DNA of 64,000 nucleotides from Nostoc sp. (GCA_036918135.1 JBALDB010000011.1:192001-256000), one strand, 5' to 3'. Positions 19,001-28,561 are shown, counted from the stretch's first letter. Program-made: numbers and translations. Notes: generated from the sequence alone by a model not told the origin.

Positions 19001-19407
19001 TATTAACAGAATACGGTAATCTACCTGAAGTTGAATGCTTTTCTGGACAATTAAATCAAGTCTTTATGAATATTTTAGCCAATGCTATTGATGCCTTGGA
19101 AGAATCAAACAATGGACGCAGCTTTGAAGAAATTCAGCTAAATTCAAATTTAATTACAATTAGAACTTCTCTAGTAAATAACTATGCAAAAATTATTATT
19201 GCTGATAATGCCAAGGGGATGAGCGAAGAAGTCAAACAAAATATTTTTGACCATTTGTTTACTACCAAAGGTGTGGGAAAAGGTACAGGTTTGGGGTTGG
19301 CGATCGCTCGGCAGATTGTAGTAGATAAACATGCTGGTTTGCTTGAATGCAATTCTTCTTTAGGAAAAGGTACTGAGTTTATCATTCAAATACCTATTCA
19401 CCAGTAA
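13054..19407 (+). CDS. Hybrid Ser/Thr kinase - AAA ATPase - GAF - PAS/PAS - histidine kinase (HstK-type)
   Basis: HKDIKPAN and DFS kinase motifs; P-loop GFSGVGKT; DDLQWAD; GAF LYLEN; two PAS/PAC domains; AHEMNNPL H-box; GTGLGL. Confidence 0.95.
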   Translation: MSAKVVETVRIAGYEIIEQLYSGSRTQVYRAVQECDRQPVAIKLLKREYPTLSELVQFRNQYAIAKNLDIPGIIKLYSLELYHNGYALVMEDFGGISLCQFTSGKALTLEEFLPIALQLLDTLHQLHQQHVIHKDIKPANILIHPDTKQVKLIDFSIASLLPRETQEIQSINGLEGTLAYLSPEQTRRMNRGIDYRSDFYSLGVTFFELLSGQLPFEFHEPMELVHCHIAKQPNFICDLNPEIPLMLGEILRKLMAKNAEDRYQSALGLKHDLEKCYQEWQATGKHTWFDLGQHDISDRFLIREKLYGREQEVQTLLEAFGRVVNGAGELMLVAGFSGVGKTAVVNEVHKPIVGCNGYFIKGKYDQFNRNIPLSAFVRAFRDLIAQLLAQRDSVLEQWRNRILSALGESGQAMVDVIPELERIIGKQPPAPELSGSAAQNRFNLLFVKLIQVFATREHPLVMFLDDLQWADSASLNLLKLLLGEALSGYLLIIGAYRDNEVFAAHPLLLTLEEIEKVATVNTITLMALSQADVNSLIADTLSCATEIALPLTELVYQKTKGNPFFTTQFLLALHQEGQITFDWHTGFWQCDVGQVRLLALTDDVVEFMAQQLQKLPSKTQDVLKLAACIGNQFDLGTLAIVSEKSQAQTAADLWKALQEGFVIPTNEVYKFYQDSSLVSQPGFGGFLDDELANPERAVGDLQNPNDNGQRTVYKFLHDRVQQAAYSLIPEEQKQATHLKIGQLLLNNTPVTQLDENLFEIVNQLNIGKSLITERSQQIKIAQLNLEAGQKARAATAYAAAYHYSTTGITLLNFFQPQDESCWQTQYDLTLALYELAAETAYLKGDFGQMEQWADIVMQQAKTAVDKVKIYAVKIQADMAQLKKLQAVKIGLEALKLVGVSIPESPEPSDIQQALTQVASLQTKNIEDLINLPLMTDIEHLSAVRILASIGPATYQAAPILFPLVICELVNLSINYGNSPFSSYGYACYGILLNAVFQNIESAYQFGKLSLNLAEKFNTPDLKGSTFFVVGVCITHAKVHLRETLPILWDAYQSGLQGGNFVFATHAAIHKYQHMYLLGQELTIVAQEMATISDVLVRLKQENALEFHHIFQQSVLNLLNTSEHPCLLQGEVYKEQTALARLLDANDRTGLHHFYFNKLILCYLFGDYPQAQENALQAQQYLDGVPGLIVVPVSYFYDSLAHLAVYSSLPDSQQEHLLNRVTNNQEQMKQWAANAPMNFQHKFDLVAAEQYRILGNKPEAIDYYDRAISLANEHGYIQEAALANELAAKFYLDWGKQRIAQEYITEAYYGYARWGANAKVADLERRYPQLLAPILQQTRSPLSTHETIFNLGTVTSTSFTSSSSTSVSVSLDLAAILKASQTLSGEIELEKLLSKLLHILIENSGAEKCVLLLSYEEQLMVQSVAHIGTDFCSVLLKPQSLEDSEDVPISLIDTVKRSLQPTVITDATVHGQFINDPYIQRQQPKSILCSPILHQGKLLGVLYLENNLVSGAFSSDRVELLNLLCAQAAISLENARLYENSQNYAQQLTQSLAKLQASETRFQNLANNIPGMVYQFCLGADGSTSTPYVSSGCLDLYGLEPELVMADIHNIYAMNHPDDRLAIEQAVAYSAQNLTPFEQEWRIIMPSGAVKWVRSAARPERQADGATVWNGVVIDISDRKQIEASLAKEREFLNTIIHNITDGIVVCDASGKLILFNKATREFHGLPVESLPPEEWAQHFNLYQADGETPLLTREIPLFRAFQGEIVENVEMVIAPKRGSKRILSASGQAIVDAAGNKLGAVVVMRDISDAYRQAKQRKLAQLALQQKSQDLEQALTDLQNAQLQIIQSEKMSALGNLVAGVAHEMNNPLGFIAASLKQAKPTIADLVEHLRLYQESLPNKSEEILDHAEEIDLDYTLEDLPKIIDAMTMACDRLKNISTSLRTFSRADRDYKVPFNIHQGIDSTILILKHRLKANEQRPVIEVLTEYGNLPEVECFSGQLNQVFMNILANAIDALEESNNGRSFEEIQLNSNLITIRTSLVNNYAKIIIADNAKGMSEEVKQNIFDHLFTTKGVGKGTGLGLAIARQIVVDKHAGLLECNSSLGKGTEFIIQIPIHQ
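15085..15142. repeat. Small dispersed repeat embedded in the kinase gene
   Basis: GTGAGCCAGCC...GGGGGTTTTCTCG...GAACTAGCGAACCCCGAAAGGG resembles the reverse complement of the 4911-4970 repeat. Confidence 0.6.
18476..18504. mobile_element. 21-nt SDR5-type in-frame insertion in a HIP1 site inside the kinase gene
   Basis: GCGAT + GCCTATCGACAAGCTAAGCAA (21 nt) + CGC; converts the DISDRK motif to DISD-AYRQAKQ-RK. Confidence 0.75.
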
Positions 19408-19422
19408 AAAAGAGATGATATT

Positions 19423-19453
19423 CAGGGCGGGCAGGGAAGCCCACCCCACAAGA
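19423..19453. repeat. REP-like palindromic repeat between convergent genes
   Basis: CAGGGCGGGCAGGGAAGCCCACCCCACAAGA; related arms at 40485-40610. Confidence 0.5.
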
Positions 19454-19540
19454 GGAATAATTTATTTTCTAATCCTTAAGGGACTAACAAATAAAAAATA
19501 TCCCAGTATTCACACTCATCACTCATCAACTACAAACTTT

Positions 19541-20797
19541 TTAGGTTTTTCCTGCCATAACTGAGTTTTCTAGCAACACTTCCATTGCTGCTTGATATTG
19601 CAAATCAGCAGTTGTGCCAATCTCTTCGCGATTCAGGGGTGCTTGGGAAATCACTCGATCTGGCTTAATACCTAGTTTGTTAATATCCCGATGTTGAGGA
19701 GTTTCATACTTAGCAATTGTCACTGCTAAACCCGAACCATCTGATAATTCAAACAAAGATTGAATTAAACCCTTACCAAAAGTAGTTTCGCCTACCAATT
19801 GGGCACGCCCATTATCTTGGAGTGCGCCAGCAAGAATCTCACTCGCACTGGCAGTTCCTTGATTCACCAAAATCACCAAAGGATCGTTTGTCATGGCTGG
19901 GCCAGAAGCTTCAAAACTACCCTGAATGCCTTCTCGGTTAACAGTGTAGACAATAGTGCCAGAATCTAACCACAGACGGGCAATTTCAATTCCAGCTTGT
20001 AATAGCCCCCCAGGATTATTTCGCAAATCTAGAATGTAGGCAGCAGCGCCTTTTTTTTCTAGACTAGAAATAGTGTGTGCCAATTCCATAGAGGCGTTGG
20101 CATTAAATTGAGTCAGGCGAAGGTAGCCAATGGGTGTACCCTTTGGGGAAACACGCAATTCGGAAACCACAGGGTTAAGAGCAATGCGATCGCGTCTGAG
20201 TCTAATTTCTGTTTCTGCTTCTCCATCTCGTTCGATCAGGAGAGTTACAAGGCTGCCACTGGGCCCGCGCATTTTCGCCGCAGCTTCATCAAGGGTGAGA
20301 TTTTCAGTGGGAACACCTTCGATTTTGAGAATGCGATCGCGTGGTTTAATCCCCGCTTTATCTGCTGGTGAACCTGCGATGGGAGCCACTACTTCCAGCT
20401 TACCTGTTTCAGCATTGAGAGCAATTTGTAACCCCACTCCCGTCAGTTCCCCAGAAGTGTTTACCTGTAAGCTGCGGTATTGTTCTGGGTCTAAAAAGCG
20501 GGTAAAAGGGTCGTCAAGGCTCTTGAGCATCGTCTGAATCGCCGTATAAGCTGCATTGGAATCGCTAAGCGGCTTCTCCAAAACTTTTTGTCGAACTGCC
20601 GCCCAATTTTGATGATTAAACGTCTCATCCAGGTAAGTACGATTGACAATTCGCCAAACTTCAGAAACCAGCTTTTGTTGTGCCGTAAAAGCCAGTGTCG
20701 GCTGAGTAAGTGTACCCATAGCCAAACAAAATGCCATTAGCAGTGAAAATCCAACTCGGAAAAACTGTTTGTTCATGAACCCCATTATCAATTCCAC
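19541..20797 (-). CDS. ctpA: C-terminal processing protease CtpA (S41)
   Basis: PDZ domain, DLRNNPGG, TASASEILAGAL, TFGKGLIQ; divergent from petB. Confidence 0.92.
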   Translation of the reverse strand: MELIMGFMNKQFFRVGFSLLMAFCLAMGTLTQPTLAFTAQQKLVSEVWRIVNRTYLDETFNHQNWAAVRQKVLEKPLSDSNAAYTAIQTMLKSLDDPFTRFLDPEQYRSLQVNTSGELTGVGLQIALNAETGKLEVVAPIAGSPADKAGIKPRDRILKIEGVPTENLTLDEAAAKMRGPSGSLVTLLIERDGEAETEIRLRRDRIALNPVVSELRVSPKGTPIGYLRLTQFNANASMELAHTISSLEKKGAAAYILDLRNNPGGLLQAGIEIARLWLDSGTIVYTVNREGIQGSFEASGPAMTNDPLVILVNQGTASASEILAGALQDNGRAQLVGETTFGKGLIQSLFELSDGSGLAVTIAKYETPQHRDINKLGIKPDRVISQAPLNREEIGTTADLQYQAAMEVLLENSVMAGKT

Positions 20798-21299
20798 CTC
20801 AACCCAATTGCCTAGAATTGCCCACTTGTCCTGTTGTTGATGAAATCTATCTCTCGATTATGTTACTTTTTTTATAGAAGTGGTGCATTCTTCTCATCAA
20901 GTTATTTACTCAACTGATGCAGTTCATCCCACTCAGCAAACGATAAAATCTACTTTGTGCCCACCATTTTGTGTGTGAGGCATAAAGAGACCGCAATACA
21001 TTCCATCTTTACAGAGTGTAAAGTTTCTGAAAACTCTCTAGCACGCTCAAAGCTCACAAACAAAAAAGTCCCCTTTACTAAAATCCCAAAATTGCTAATT
21101 GGGAGAGAAGTCACGACTCGGCGGCTTCTAGAAAGTCCGCAGAGGGTTATGCTGCTACTCTAGCCTGTGGCATCCCTTGGGAGAAGCTCGAAAGCCAAAC
21201 TCACAAAATGCCGAGGCTTGGAACCCTTGAAACTTACGTCGCCGATTTACAACTTCGGAATTTATCAAACGCAACCGATTCTTAGGAACTTGAGATTGT

Positions 21300-21947
21300 A
21301 TGGCCAACGTTTACGACTGGTTTGAGGAACGCCTGGAAATTCAAGCGATCGCCGAAGACGTTACTAGCAAGTACGTCCCTCCCCACGTCAACATCTTTTA
21401 CTGCCTGGGTGGAATTACCCTAACTTGCTTTTTGATCCAGTTTGCCACTGGATTTGCCATGACGTTCTACTACAAGCCAACAGTCGCTGAAGCTTTCTCC
21501 TCAGTGGAGTACATCATGAATGAAGTGAACTTCGGTTGGCTAATTCGCTCCATCCATCGCTGGTCTGCCAGCATGATGGTATTGATGATGATTTTGCACG
21601 TCTTCCGGATTTACTTGACTGGTGGTTTCAAAAAGCCCCGCGAACTGACCTGGATAAGTGGTGTCATCCTGGCTGTAATCACCGTTTCCTTTGGTGTTAC
21701 CGGCTATTCCCTGCCTTGGGACCAAGTTGGTTACTGGGCTGTGAAAATTGTTAGCGGTGTACCAGAAGCAATTCCTGTGGTTGGTGTTCTAATCTCCGAC
21801 CTTTTGCGTGGTGGTTCGAGTGTTGGTCAAGCAACACTGACTCGTTACTACAGCGCACATACCTTTGTTTTGCCTTGGTTAATTGCAGTTTTCATGCTGT
21901 TTCACTTCTTGATGATTCGCAAACAAGGGATTTCTGGTCCTTTGTAA
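21300..21947 (+). CDS. petB: Cytochrome b6
   Basis: 215 aa, [15 protein letters not shown]...RKQGISGPL. Confidence 0.99.
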   Translation: MANVYDWFEERLEIQAIAEDVTSKYVPPHVNIFYCLGGITLTCFLIQFATGFAMTFYYKPTVAEAFSSVEYIMNEVNFGWLIRSIHRWSASMMVLMMILHVFRIYLTGGFKKPRELTWISGVILAVITVSFGVTGYSLPWDQVGYWAVKIVSGVPEAIPVVGVLISDLLRGGSSVGQATLTRYYSAHTFVLPWLIAVFMLFHFLMIRKQGISGPL

Positions 21948-22208
21948 TCTTAAGGATTAGCAAAAGGCAACATTTGTCAGTTTCCAGATCGAGATTGTTT
22001 GTTCTAAACTTATGAAACACAAGAAATTAAGTTCTACATAAGTTACAAAAAACAAACACTTGTATCGCAAGCCAAAAGCTTTAGACGCCCTCAAAGCGGC
22101 TGACCGTAGATAAACACAACGCTGCTAGCCGCTTGCTAGGGTTGCCTAGTAGCCGATGGCTTTCAAGAAATGCTTTAATTCAACTTAAGCAGGAGAGCAC
22201 ATTTAAAA

Positions 22209-22691
22209 ATGGCAACACAGAAAAAACCGGATCTGAGCGATCCCAAATTAAGAGCCAAACTGGCTAAAGGTATGGGTCACAATTACTATGGTGAACCTGC
22301 TTGGCCTAATGACCTACTTTACGTGTTTCCCATTGTAATTATGGGTTCGTTCGCTGCAATTGTAGCTCTAGCTGTGCTAGATCCAGCTATGACGGGTGAA
22401 CCAGCAGATCCTTTCGCTACACCATTGGAAATTTTACCAGAGTGGTACTTATACCCAGTGTTCCAAATTTTGCGATCGCTTCCTAACAAACTTTTAGGAG
22501 TGTTAGCAATGGCTTCTGTACCTTTGGGGCTAATCCTGGTTCCTTTTATTGAGAACGTGAATAAGTTCCAAAACCCCTTCCGTCGTCCAGTTGCAACCGC
22601 AGTCTTCCTTTTTGGTACCTTTGTCACCCTGTGGTTAGGTATTGGTGCTGCGCTTCCATTGGATAAATCTTTGACCTTGGGACTATTCTAA
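22209..22691 (+). CDS. petD: Cytochrome b6f subunit IV
   Basis: 160 aa, [14 protein letters not shown] and PEWY. Confidence 0.99.
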   Translation: MATQKKPDLSDPKLRAKLAKGMGHNYYGEPAWPNDLLYVFPIVIMGSFAAIVALAVLDPAMTGEPADPFATPLEILPEWYLYPVFQILRSLPNKLLGVLAMASVPLGLILVPFIENVNKFQNPFRRPVATAVFLFGTFVTLWLGIGAALPLDKSLTLGLF

Positions 22692-22711
22692 ATTAGTCAC
22701 CAGATAGTGCT

Positions 22712-22773
22712 TTGACGCCTGTGAGTTTTAAGAGCATCTGCAAATGTGCTTTTAAAAATTTAACAGGCGTCAA
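22712..22773 (+). terminator. Long stem-loop after petD (terminator or 3' stability element)
   Basis: TTGACGCCTGT...TTTTAAGAGCA / TGCTTTTAAAA...ACAGGCGTCAA followed by TTTT. Confidence 0.7.
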
Positions 22774-23287
22774 TTTTAATAGTTCGGCTTAGATATTGGA
22801 TTTGAAGTTTTGGATGAAAAAGCCTTAGAATTGGGTATTTATGAGTCTAAAGTCAGAATTGATTAGAAGTTTAAGATGATTGATATGTTCATCGATCGAA
22901 TATTCTCCTGATTCTTTAAGTATTCTGACTCTCTGTTGGAATAGCGTCCCGCTTTGAAGTTTCACTCTCAGGAAGCCTTAGGTGCAACTTGAAAGCGAAT
23001 TCTGACACCAAGCCGCGCAGTGTCTTTGACTTGCTCTTAAATTCTGGATTGTTACGCAAAAGCAATTCCAAAATTTAAAACTACTAAAAGTCAACAAATA
23101 CAAACATTTTTCACTTACTCAATGGTAAGTTGCTAGTTACAACCCTAAAATGCCAAAATTGTTCATGTTTTGTATTTTGTTACACAGAATATGTCAATTT
23201 AGATTTTTAGATGTCAAAGAAATTTTGCAAAAAGCGCAAAATTTAATCACTAGCAATTTGGGTTTACTTTTATTTAAGTCAAAGTTA

Positions 23288-23752
23288 GTGCTTACCATAG
23301 TGCAGCAAGACCATCTGACGGTTAGGAGCGAACTTAGTCTCCTAAACGAAGTCCAAGAATGGTTTGAGCAATTTTGTTTAGAACATTTGTCTCAACTTGG
23401 TTGGTCAAAAACCCAACTCGATCGCCTTAATTTAGCATTAGCAGAAGGCTTTACTAATGCTGTTCGTCACGCTCATCATGCTTTACCACCAGAAACCACC
23501 ATTGACATAGGCGTTTATCTATGGATTGACCGACTAGAGATTAAAATTTGGGATTATGGAAAACCTTTCAATCCTGACGCGATTCCAGAGCCGAAGCCAG
23601 GCAGTCTTATAGTAGGTGGATACGGATGGTTTCTCCTACGACGTTTGGCTGACCGTGTTGTTTACGAACGTGTTGCAGATGGGAGAAATTGTCTGCTGAT
23701 TGTCAAATATTCTACAAAAGTACAAAAATCAAAGTCAGGCATTCAAGGATAA
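23288..23752 (+). CDS. RsbW-like anti-sigma factor / Ser kinase (HATPase_c_2); probable GTG start at 23288, ORF open from 23150
   Basis: LALAEGFTNAVRHA, IWDYGKPF, GGYGWFL. Confidence 0.85.
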   Translation: MLTIVQQDHLTVRSELSLLNEVQEWFEQFCLEHLSQLGWSKTQLDRLNLALAEGFTNAVRHAHHALPPETTIDIGVYLWIDRLEIKIWDYGKPFNPDAIPEPKPGSLIVGGYGWFLLRRLADRVVYERVADGRNCLLIVKYSTKVQKSKSGIQG

Positions 23753-24071
23753 TCAGGGAAAAAATAGTTTTGCTCCCAATTTGAGATTTTGTGGAAAGTA
23801 TGTAGCAAGTGTATTGCCTTAGAGCAGTTCCTTTGCACGTGAATTGGAGTATTATGTTTTTTCAGTGAAATTGCTTAACTATTATAATTTTTTGATGAAA
23901 AATTAAAGAGCAATCCTTGTATAAAAAGAATTTACTGAATACAGTAAAGATAGCATTCGAGTTATAGAACCTCCTTTGTTAAGATTTGTCAGCAGTGTTG
24001 AGAGTCTTATTTTTGTTCTCCAACAAGTGCCATTTAGTGCTTAAAGAGATAGAAGATATAGAGGACAGAAT

Positions 24072-25085
24072 ATGACTAAGACAGCCCTAATTACAGGAAT
24101 CACTGGTCAAGATGGCTACTATCTCAGCCATTTGCTCCTCAATCAAGGTTACCGAGTTGTAGGATTAGTACCCCCACACCGACAACCTAATTTGACAAAA
24201 TTAGGAACACTGGCAAATCAGGTAGAAATTTTTACGGTAGATTTGAGAGATAGTATGGCGCTGTTGACTGCTGTTGAACAACTGCGTCCTCAAGAAATTT
24301 ATAATTTAGCAGCTCCAAGTTTTGTACCCGATTCTTGGAACGATCCCTTAGGAACTCTAGATTTAATAACTGGTACAGCTACTAGGCTGTTAGAAGCAGT
24401 ACGACAAGTTGGTTTGTCTACCAGATTTTATCAAGCCAGCAGTTCGGAAATGTTTGGTGATGTCTTGTTTTCGCCTCAAGATGAGGAAACTCCTTTTCGG
24501 CCGAAAAATCCTTATGCTGCGGCCAAGATGCACGCCCACTGGACAATGGTGCATCACAGACAGCGCTATGGACTATTTGCCTGTAGCGGAATTTTATATA
24601 ATCACGAGTCTCCTCTACGCGCACCTCAGTTTGTCACACGCAAAGTTTCTTTAGCAGTTGCATCGATTAAATTAGGTTTAACTGACACTTTACAAATAGG
24701 TAACCTAGATGCCAAACGCGATTGGGGCTTTGCGGGAGACTATGTAGAAGCTATGTGGCGAATGTTGCAGGTAGATAAACCAGAAGAATACGTGATTGGT
24801 ACAGGGAGGCTACACAGTGTGAGAGACTTAGTAGCTACAGCCTTTGAGTCAGTAGAATTGGATTGGACAAACCATGTAATCATCAATACTAACTTATTGC
24901 GACAAGACGAGCATTTTCAATTAGTTGCTAACCCTACTAAAGCTAAAACAAACCTTGGTTGGGAACCACAAGTCAGCTTTGAGGAACTTTTAGAAAAAAT
25001 GGTAAAAACAGATTTAGAGCAGTTACAAAGCGGTGCATTGGATGAAGTTCTTGCCGCAGGCATCGCCCCCTTGCCACGAGTGTAA
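24072..25085 (+). CDS. gmd: GDP-mannose 4,6-dehydratase
   Basis: ALITGITGQDG, YQASSSEMFG, PYAAAK, NHESP, RDWG. Confidence 0.93.
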   Translation: MTKTALITGITGQDGYYLSHLLLNQGYRVVGLVPPHRQPNLTKLGTLANQVEIFTVDLRDSMALLTAVEQLRPQEIYNLAAPSFVPDSWNDPLGTLDLITGTATRLLEAVRQVGLSTRFYQASSSEMFGDVLFSPQDEETPFRPKNPYAAAKMHAHWTMVHHRQRYGLFACSGILYNHESPLRAPQFVTRKVSLAVASIKLGLTDTLQIGNLDAKRDWGFAGDYVEAMWRMLQVDKPEEYVIGTGRLHSVRDLVATAFESVELDWTNHVIINTNLLRQDEHFQLVANPTKAKTNLGWEPQVSFEELLEKMVKTDLEQLQSGALDEVLAAGIAPLPRV

Positions 25086-25095
25086 ATAATCAAAT

Positions 25096-26283
25096 ATGCT
25101 CATTAATACAGTGACAGAAAACTTAGAATTAGGTAATAAAGTTAACCAAAAAACTAACCACGTTTTCGTGTTCTTAGAAATTTTTGCCCAAGAAGGCGGT
25201 ATTCAATCATATATAAAAGATATTTTTCGAGCTTATTTAAAATTGAATCAAGGCTATAAGGGGGAAGTTTTTTTACTGCGAGATAGTCCTAATTGCTTAA
25301 ATTATTTTGCAGACGAAAATTTAAAATTTCATTACTATAAAAATCACTCTCCCCATTTGGGAAGAGTCAAAATGGCAGCAGCTTTACTCAAGTGTCTATT
25401 ACAAAACCGTCCGCAGCAAGTTTTCTGCGGTCACATTAACTTAGCAGTATTAATCCAAACCCTTTGTCAGCCCTTGGGGATTCCCTACACCGTACTAACT
25501 TACGGTAAAGAAGTCTGGGAACCGCTCAAAAGTCAAGAACGTCGCGCCCTAGTATCAGCAGCAGGAATTTGGACAATTAGTCGCTACAGCCGCGATCGCG
25601 CTTGTGTTGCCAATGGTCTAGACCCTAAAATGATACAGATGATGCCTTGTGCAATTGATGGGGATAAATTCACCCCCGGTTGCAAACAGCCAGAATTAGT
25701 TGAAAAGTACGGCTTAACTGGTGCTAAGGTGTTAATGACAGTGGCAAGGCTGTGGTCGGGGGATATTTACAAAGGCGTAGATGTCACGATTCGAGCGTTA
25801 CCACAAATTGCCGAGGTTTTCCCAGAAGTAAAATATTTAGTGATTGGTCGTGGTGATGACCAACCGCGATTAGCTCAACTTGCCAAAGATTTAAATGTGA
25901 GCGAGCGCGTTGTGTTTGCTGGTTTCGTTGCCACAGAAAAATTAATGGAACATTATCGCCTTGCTGATGCCTATATTATGCCTTCTCAAGAAGGCTTCGG
26001 CATCGTCTATTTAGAGGCAATGGCTTGCCAAGTACCTGTATTATCTGGTGACGACGATGGGTCAGCTGACCCCTTGCAGGATGGTAAGCTAGGATGGCAA
26101 GTACCACACCGCAATCCTGATGCTGTAGCAGCAGCTTGTATAGAGATGCTGCAAGGCAATGACCAGCGATGTAATGGAGAATGGCTACGAAAACAAGCGA
26201 TCGCTATGTTTGGCTTGGATGCATTTGGGTTGAAGTTGCAACAGCTGCTTCTATCCTCAGTCCTCAGTCCTAATTACAAATGA
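25096..26283 (+). CDS. Glycosyltransferase family 4
   Basis: YKGVD and EGFGIVYLEAMA motifs. Confidence 0.92.
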   Translation: MLINTVTENLELGNKVNQKTNHVFVFLEIFAQEGGIQSYIKDIFRAYLKLNQGYKGEVFLLRDSPNCLNYFADENLKFHYYKNHSPHLGRVKMAAALLKCLLQNRPQQVFCGHINLAVLIQTLCQPLGIPYTVLTYGKEVWEPLKSQERRALVSAAGIWTISRYSRDRACVANGLDPKMIQMMPCAIDGDKFTPGCKQPELVEKYGLTGAKVLMTVARLWSGDIYKGVDVTIRALPQIAEVFPEVKYLVIGRGDDQPRLAQLAKDLNVSERVVFAGFVATEKLMEHYRLADAYIMPSQEGFGIVYLEAMACQVPVLSGDDDGSADPLQDGKLGWQVPHRNPDAVAAACIEMLQGNDQRCNGEWLRKQAIAMFGLDAFGLKLQQLLLSSVLSPNYK

Positions 26284-26725
26284 CCATAATGACTAAAATT
26301 GCTATTTAAGAGCGTGAGAAACTGTGACTAAAATGTTGGACACAGCTAATATTAATAGATATTTTGTCCAATAGAAAACTTGCTATACTTGTAAGAGCGC
26401 AAAAACCAAGCAAAGAAATTAAGGCTTGAGAACCTTTATAGAACTTTTAAGAGTAGCCCACCTGTTTTCAAGTGACTCTTGAAGTCCAAAAAACCCTGAT
26501 AATACCAAATTGGTGGATTAAAGTACTAAAGTTTCTCAAAATTTCACTTAAAGATAATTTAATTTATAACTAGGGTAAGCTTTATCCGAGCTTAAACCTG
26601 TAAAGTGGTAAATGCTGACACTGTCAGAAGAAAGCAGGAAACAATCTGGGCAATGTCTAACAAAGTTGAAGTTTATTTAACTTTATCCAAATGTTGTAGA
26701 GCGGAGAGCAGGACGACATTTAAAA

Positions 26726-27094
26726 ATGAGCTTTAAGTCATTTCAATTGAATCTTTTAAATCTTCGTCCCTGGCTGACTCTGCTAGCAGTTATTTGGTTG
26801 CTAGCATCACTAGGCTTGGGTTGGTTAGTAAATTCGTTGTTAATTATTTTTGGGTTGCTGTTGTTAGCACCCATTGTGGCTTTCTTTGGTTTTCGTTGGT
26901 GGCTGCAACGCAACTTGATTGCTGACCAATGTCCCGTATGTAGATATGAATTTACAGCTTTAAATAATAGCCAGGTACAGTGTCCTAACTGTGGTGAGTC
27001 GTTATTAGTACATAATCATTTTCAGCGCTTGACACCAGCAGGCACTATTGATATCAAGGCAATTGAAGTACCAACCCAATCATTGGAAGATTAG
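26726..27094 (+). CDS. Conserved membrane protein with zinc ribbon
   Basis: 2 TM helices, then CPVC...CPNC. Confidence 0.75.
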   Translation: MSFKSFQLNLLNLRPWLTLLAVIWLLASLGLGWLVNSLLIIFGLLLLAPIVAFFGFRWWLQRNLIADQCPVCRYEFTALNNSQVQCPNCGESLLVHNHFQRLTPAGTIDIKAIEVPTQSLED

Positions 27095-27124
27095 TCATTG
27101 GTAACTGACAAATGATAAAGAGCA

Positions 27125-27305
27125 AAGTCTCTAGACGCTTCTGCTACTTCCTGCAGGGTGCGTCGGCTTGGGGCAATCTGATGTCACTGAAGGAGCCGGG
27201 AGAGACACTAGTCGAGCAGTGGCTCAACGGCTGTTCCTTTAAGTAGGGGAAAAGAGCCAACGGACAGCTCAACTTTGCAGGAGAGGACGAAGCACAAATT
27301 GATTA
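27125..27305 (+). ncRNA. ssrS: Probable 6S RNA (ends approximate)
   Basis: About 180-nt intergenic irregular rod: GCTTC/GAAGC, TCCTGCAGGG/CTTTGCAGGA and CGTCGGCTT/GAGCCAACG pair. The G-U pairs favour the + strand. It has a central bubble and an apical stem GGAGCCG/CGGCTGTTCC, and resembles cyanobacterial 6S RNA as I recall it. Confidence 0.75.
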
Positions 27306-27309
27306 ATGA

Positions 27310-27741
27310 CTATTTCTTTTGTTGCGAGATTGAGAGGATGTAGTTATACTGCTGCCCGGATAGTTCGCCTACATATAGTGAGTATTTTCCTGCTTGCCAG
27401 TAACCAGAAAGTTCTGGTTTGCCTCCAGAGTAATTATCTGCTTGTACGCAAAACTTTCCTCCAGGCCCGTCAATCAACAGGGTTGGTTTACCTTGGCTCT
27501 CTAGTGTTAATCGTAAGTAAGGCAGTGATTCTGTAACTTGAATAATTTGATTAGGTGCAGTGGTGATATTACCACACTTACTTTTGACAGACCCCCCAGA
27601 CTTTCCGTTCAAGACTAGCGGATCTGGTTGCAAATTCCGATTAATTTCGATGTGTGGTGTTTGTGCTAAATTAGCCTCAGTAAAAATTAAACCGATCGCT
27701 AAAGCTGTAGGAACAATCGTCAATAGACTAAACGCCTTCAT
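27310..27741 (-). CDS. Conserved secreted hypothetical protein (probable ATG 27741)
   Basis: Signal-peptide-like MKAFSLL...; PTLLIDGPGGKFC and GYWQAGKYSLYVG. Confidence 0.7.
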   Translation of the reverse strand: MKAFSLLTIVPTALAIGLIFTEANLAQTPHIEINRNLQPDPLVLNGKSGGSVKSKCGNITTAPNQIIQVTESLPYLRLTLESQGKPTLLIDGPGGKFCVQADNYSGGKPELSGYWQAGKYSLYVGELSGQQYNYILSISQQKK

Positions 27742-28158
27742 TTTAATTAATGCTCCAGATTTTTCTAGAGCAGTATAGTTATGTATACTCTGATTCAAAA
27801 GACGACAGCAATTCCTACTTTGTTCCAAAAATAGTCGTATATTTTAATACCGCTAAACATAGGATTGTGTGGAGAAATTTAGAGAAGTCAGATCTGCAAA
27901 TAGATGGCTTATGAGTCGAATTTAGTGAAGTTAATAATTCATATTAAGAAAATTTTAATAGTTATAATTTTTACATTTTGTCTAAAGGTTAGTACTGATA
28001 ACAGAAAGTAGGTTGGAAGATAAAAGAAAAAAATATAATTTTTCCCTGCCGAGAAACGTCTTGTAAGACAGACATTAGCTAAAATCACTAACACAACCAC
28101 CAAAGTAGAATTTGGTTGGTATGTTGTTGAACAAGTGTCCTAGCTGAGGTAGGAAAAA

Positions 28159-28506
28159 TTGATGAACCCTCAAAGAGAAGAAGACTTGCAGCGTCGCCTC
28201 AATAAGCTAGAGGCAGAGATTAATTCCTCACCCAAGGTGGTTCCCCAATCACCGGAACAAAAACAGACATCTGAGTTTAGTTTTGCTAACTTAAACTTGC
28301 AACTAGAGCGATTTCGGATCTGGTTTGGGAGTTTATCAGGGGCGAAAAAGCTGTTGTTTTCGGGTGCAGCAGTGCTATTGAGCTTGGCGATAGTGCAAGC
28401 AGTATTTAAACTGGTTGCATCTGTAATCAGTCTGGCAGTTTTAGCAGTGTTAGTGTATGTTGGATACAAATTTTTTGTATCTAGTAGCTTTGAACGTAAG
28501 CGATAG
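28159..28506 (+). CDS. Conserved hypothetical membrane protein
   Basis: 115 aa; N-terminal coiled coil and 2 C-terminal TM helices; GAGGTAGG ribosome-binding site. Confidence 0.75.
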   Translation: MMNPQREEDLQRRLNKLEAEINSSPKVVPQSPEQKQTSEFSFANLNLQLERFRIWFGSLSGAKKLLFSGAAVLLSLAIVQAVFKLVASVISLAVLAVLVYVGYKFFVSSSFERKR

Positions 28507-28561
28507 TCTATTTTAATTGTGCCAATGAAGGCGTAGAAATAATGTCAAAGGGAATTATGCG

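Noticed and set aside
20075..20537. Two + strand ORFs of 98 and 135 aa
   Set aside because: Antisense to ctpA with no independent coding signal. The same applies to the other short ORFs nested in long genes.
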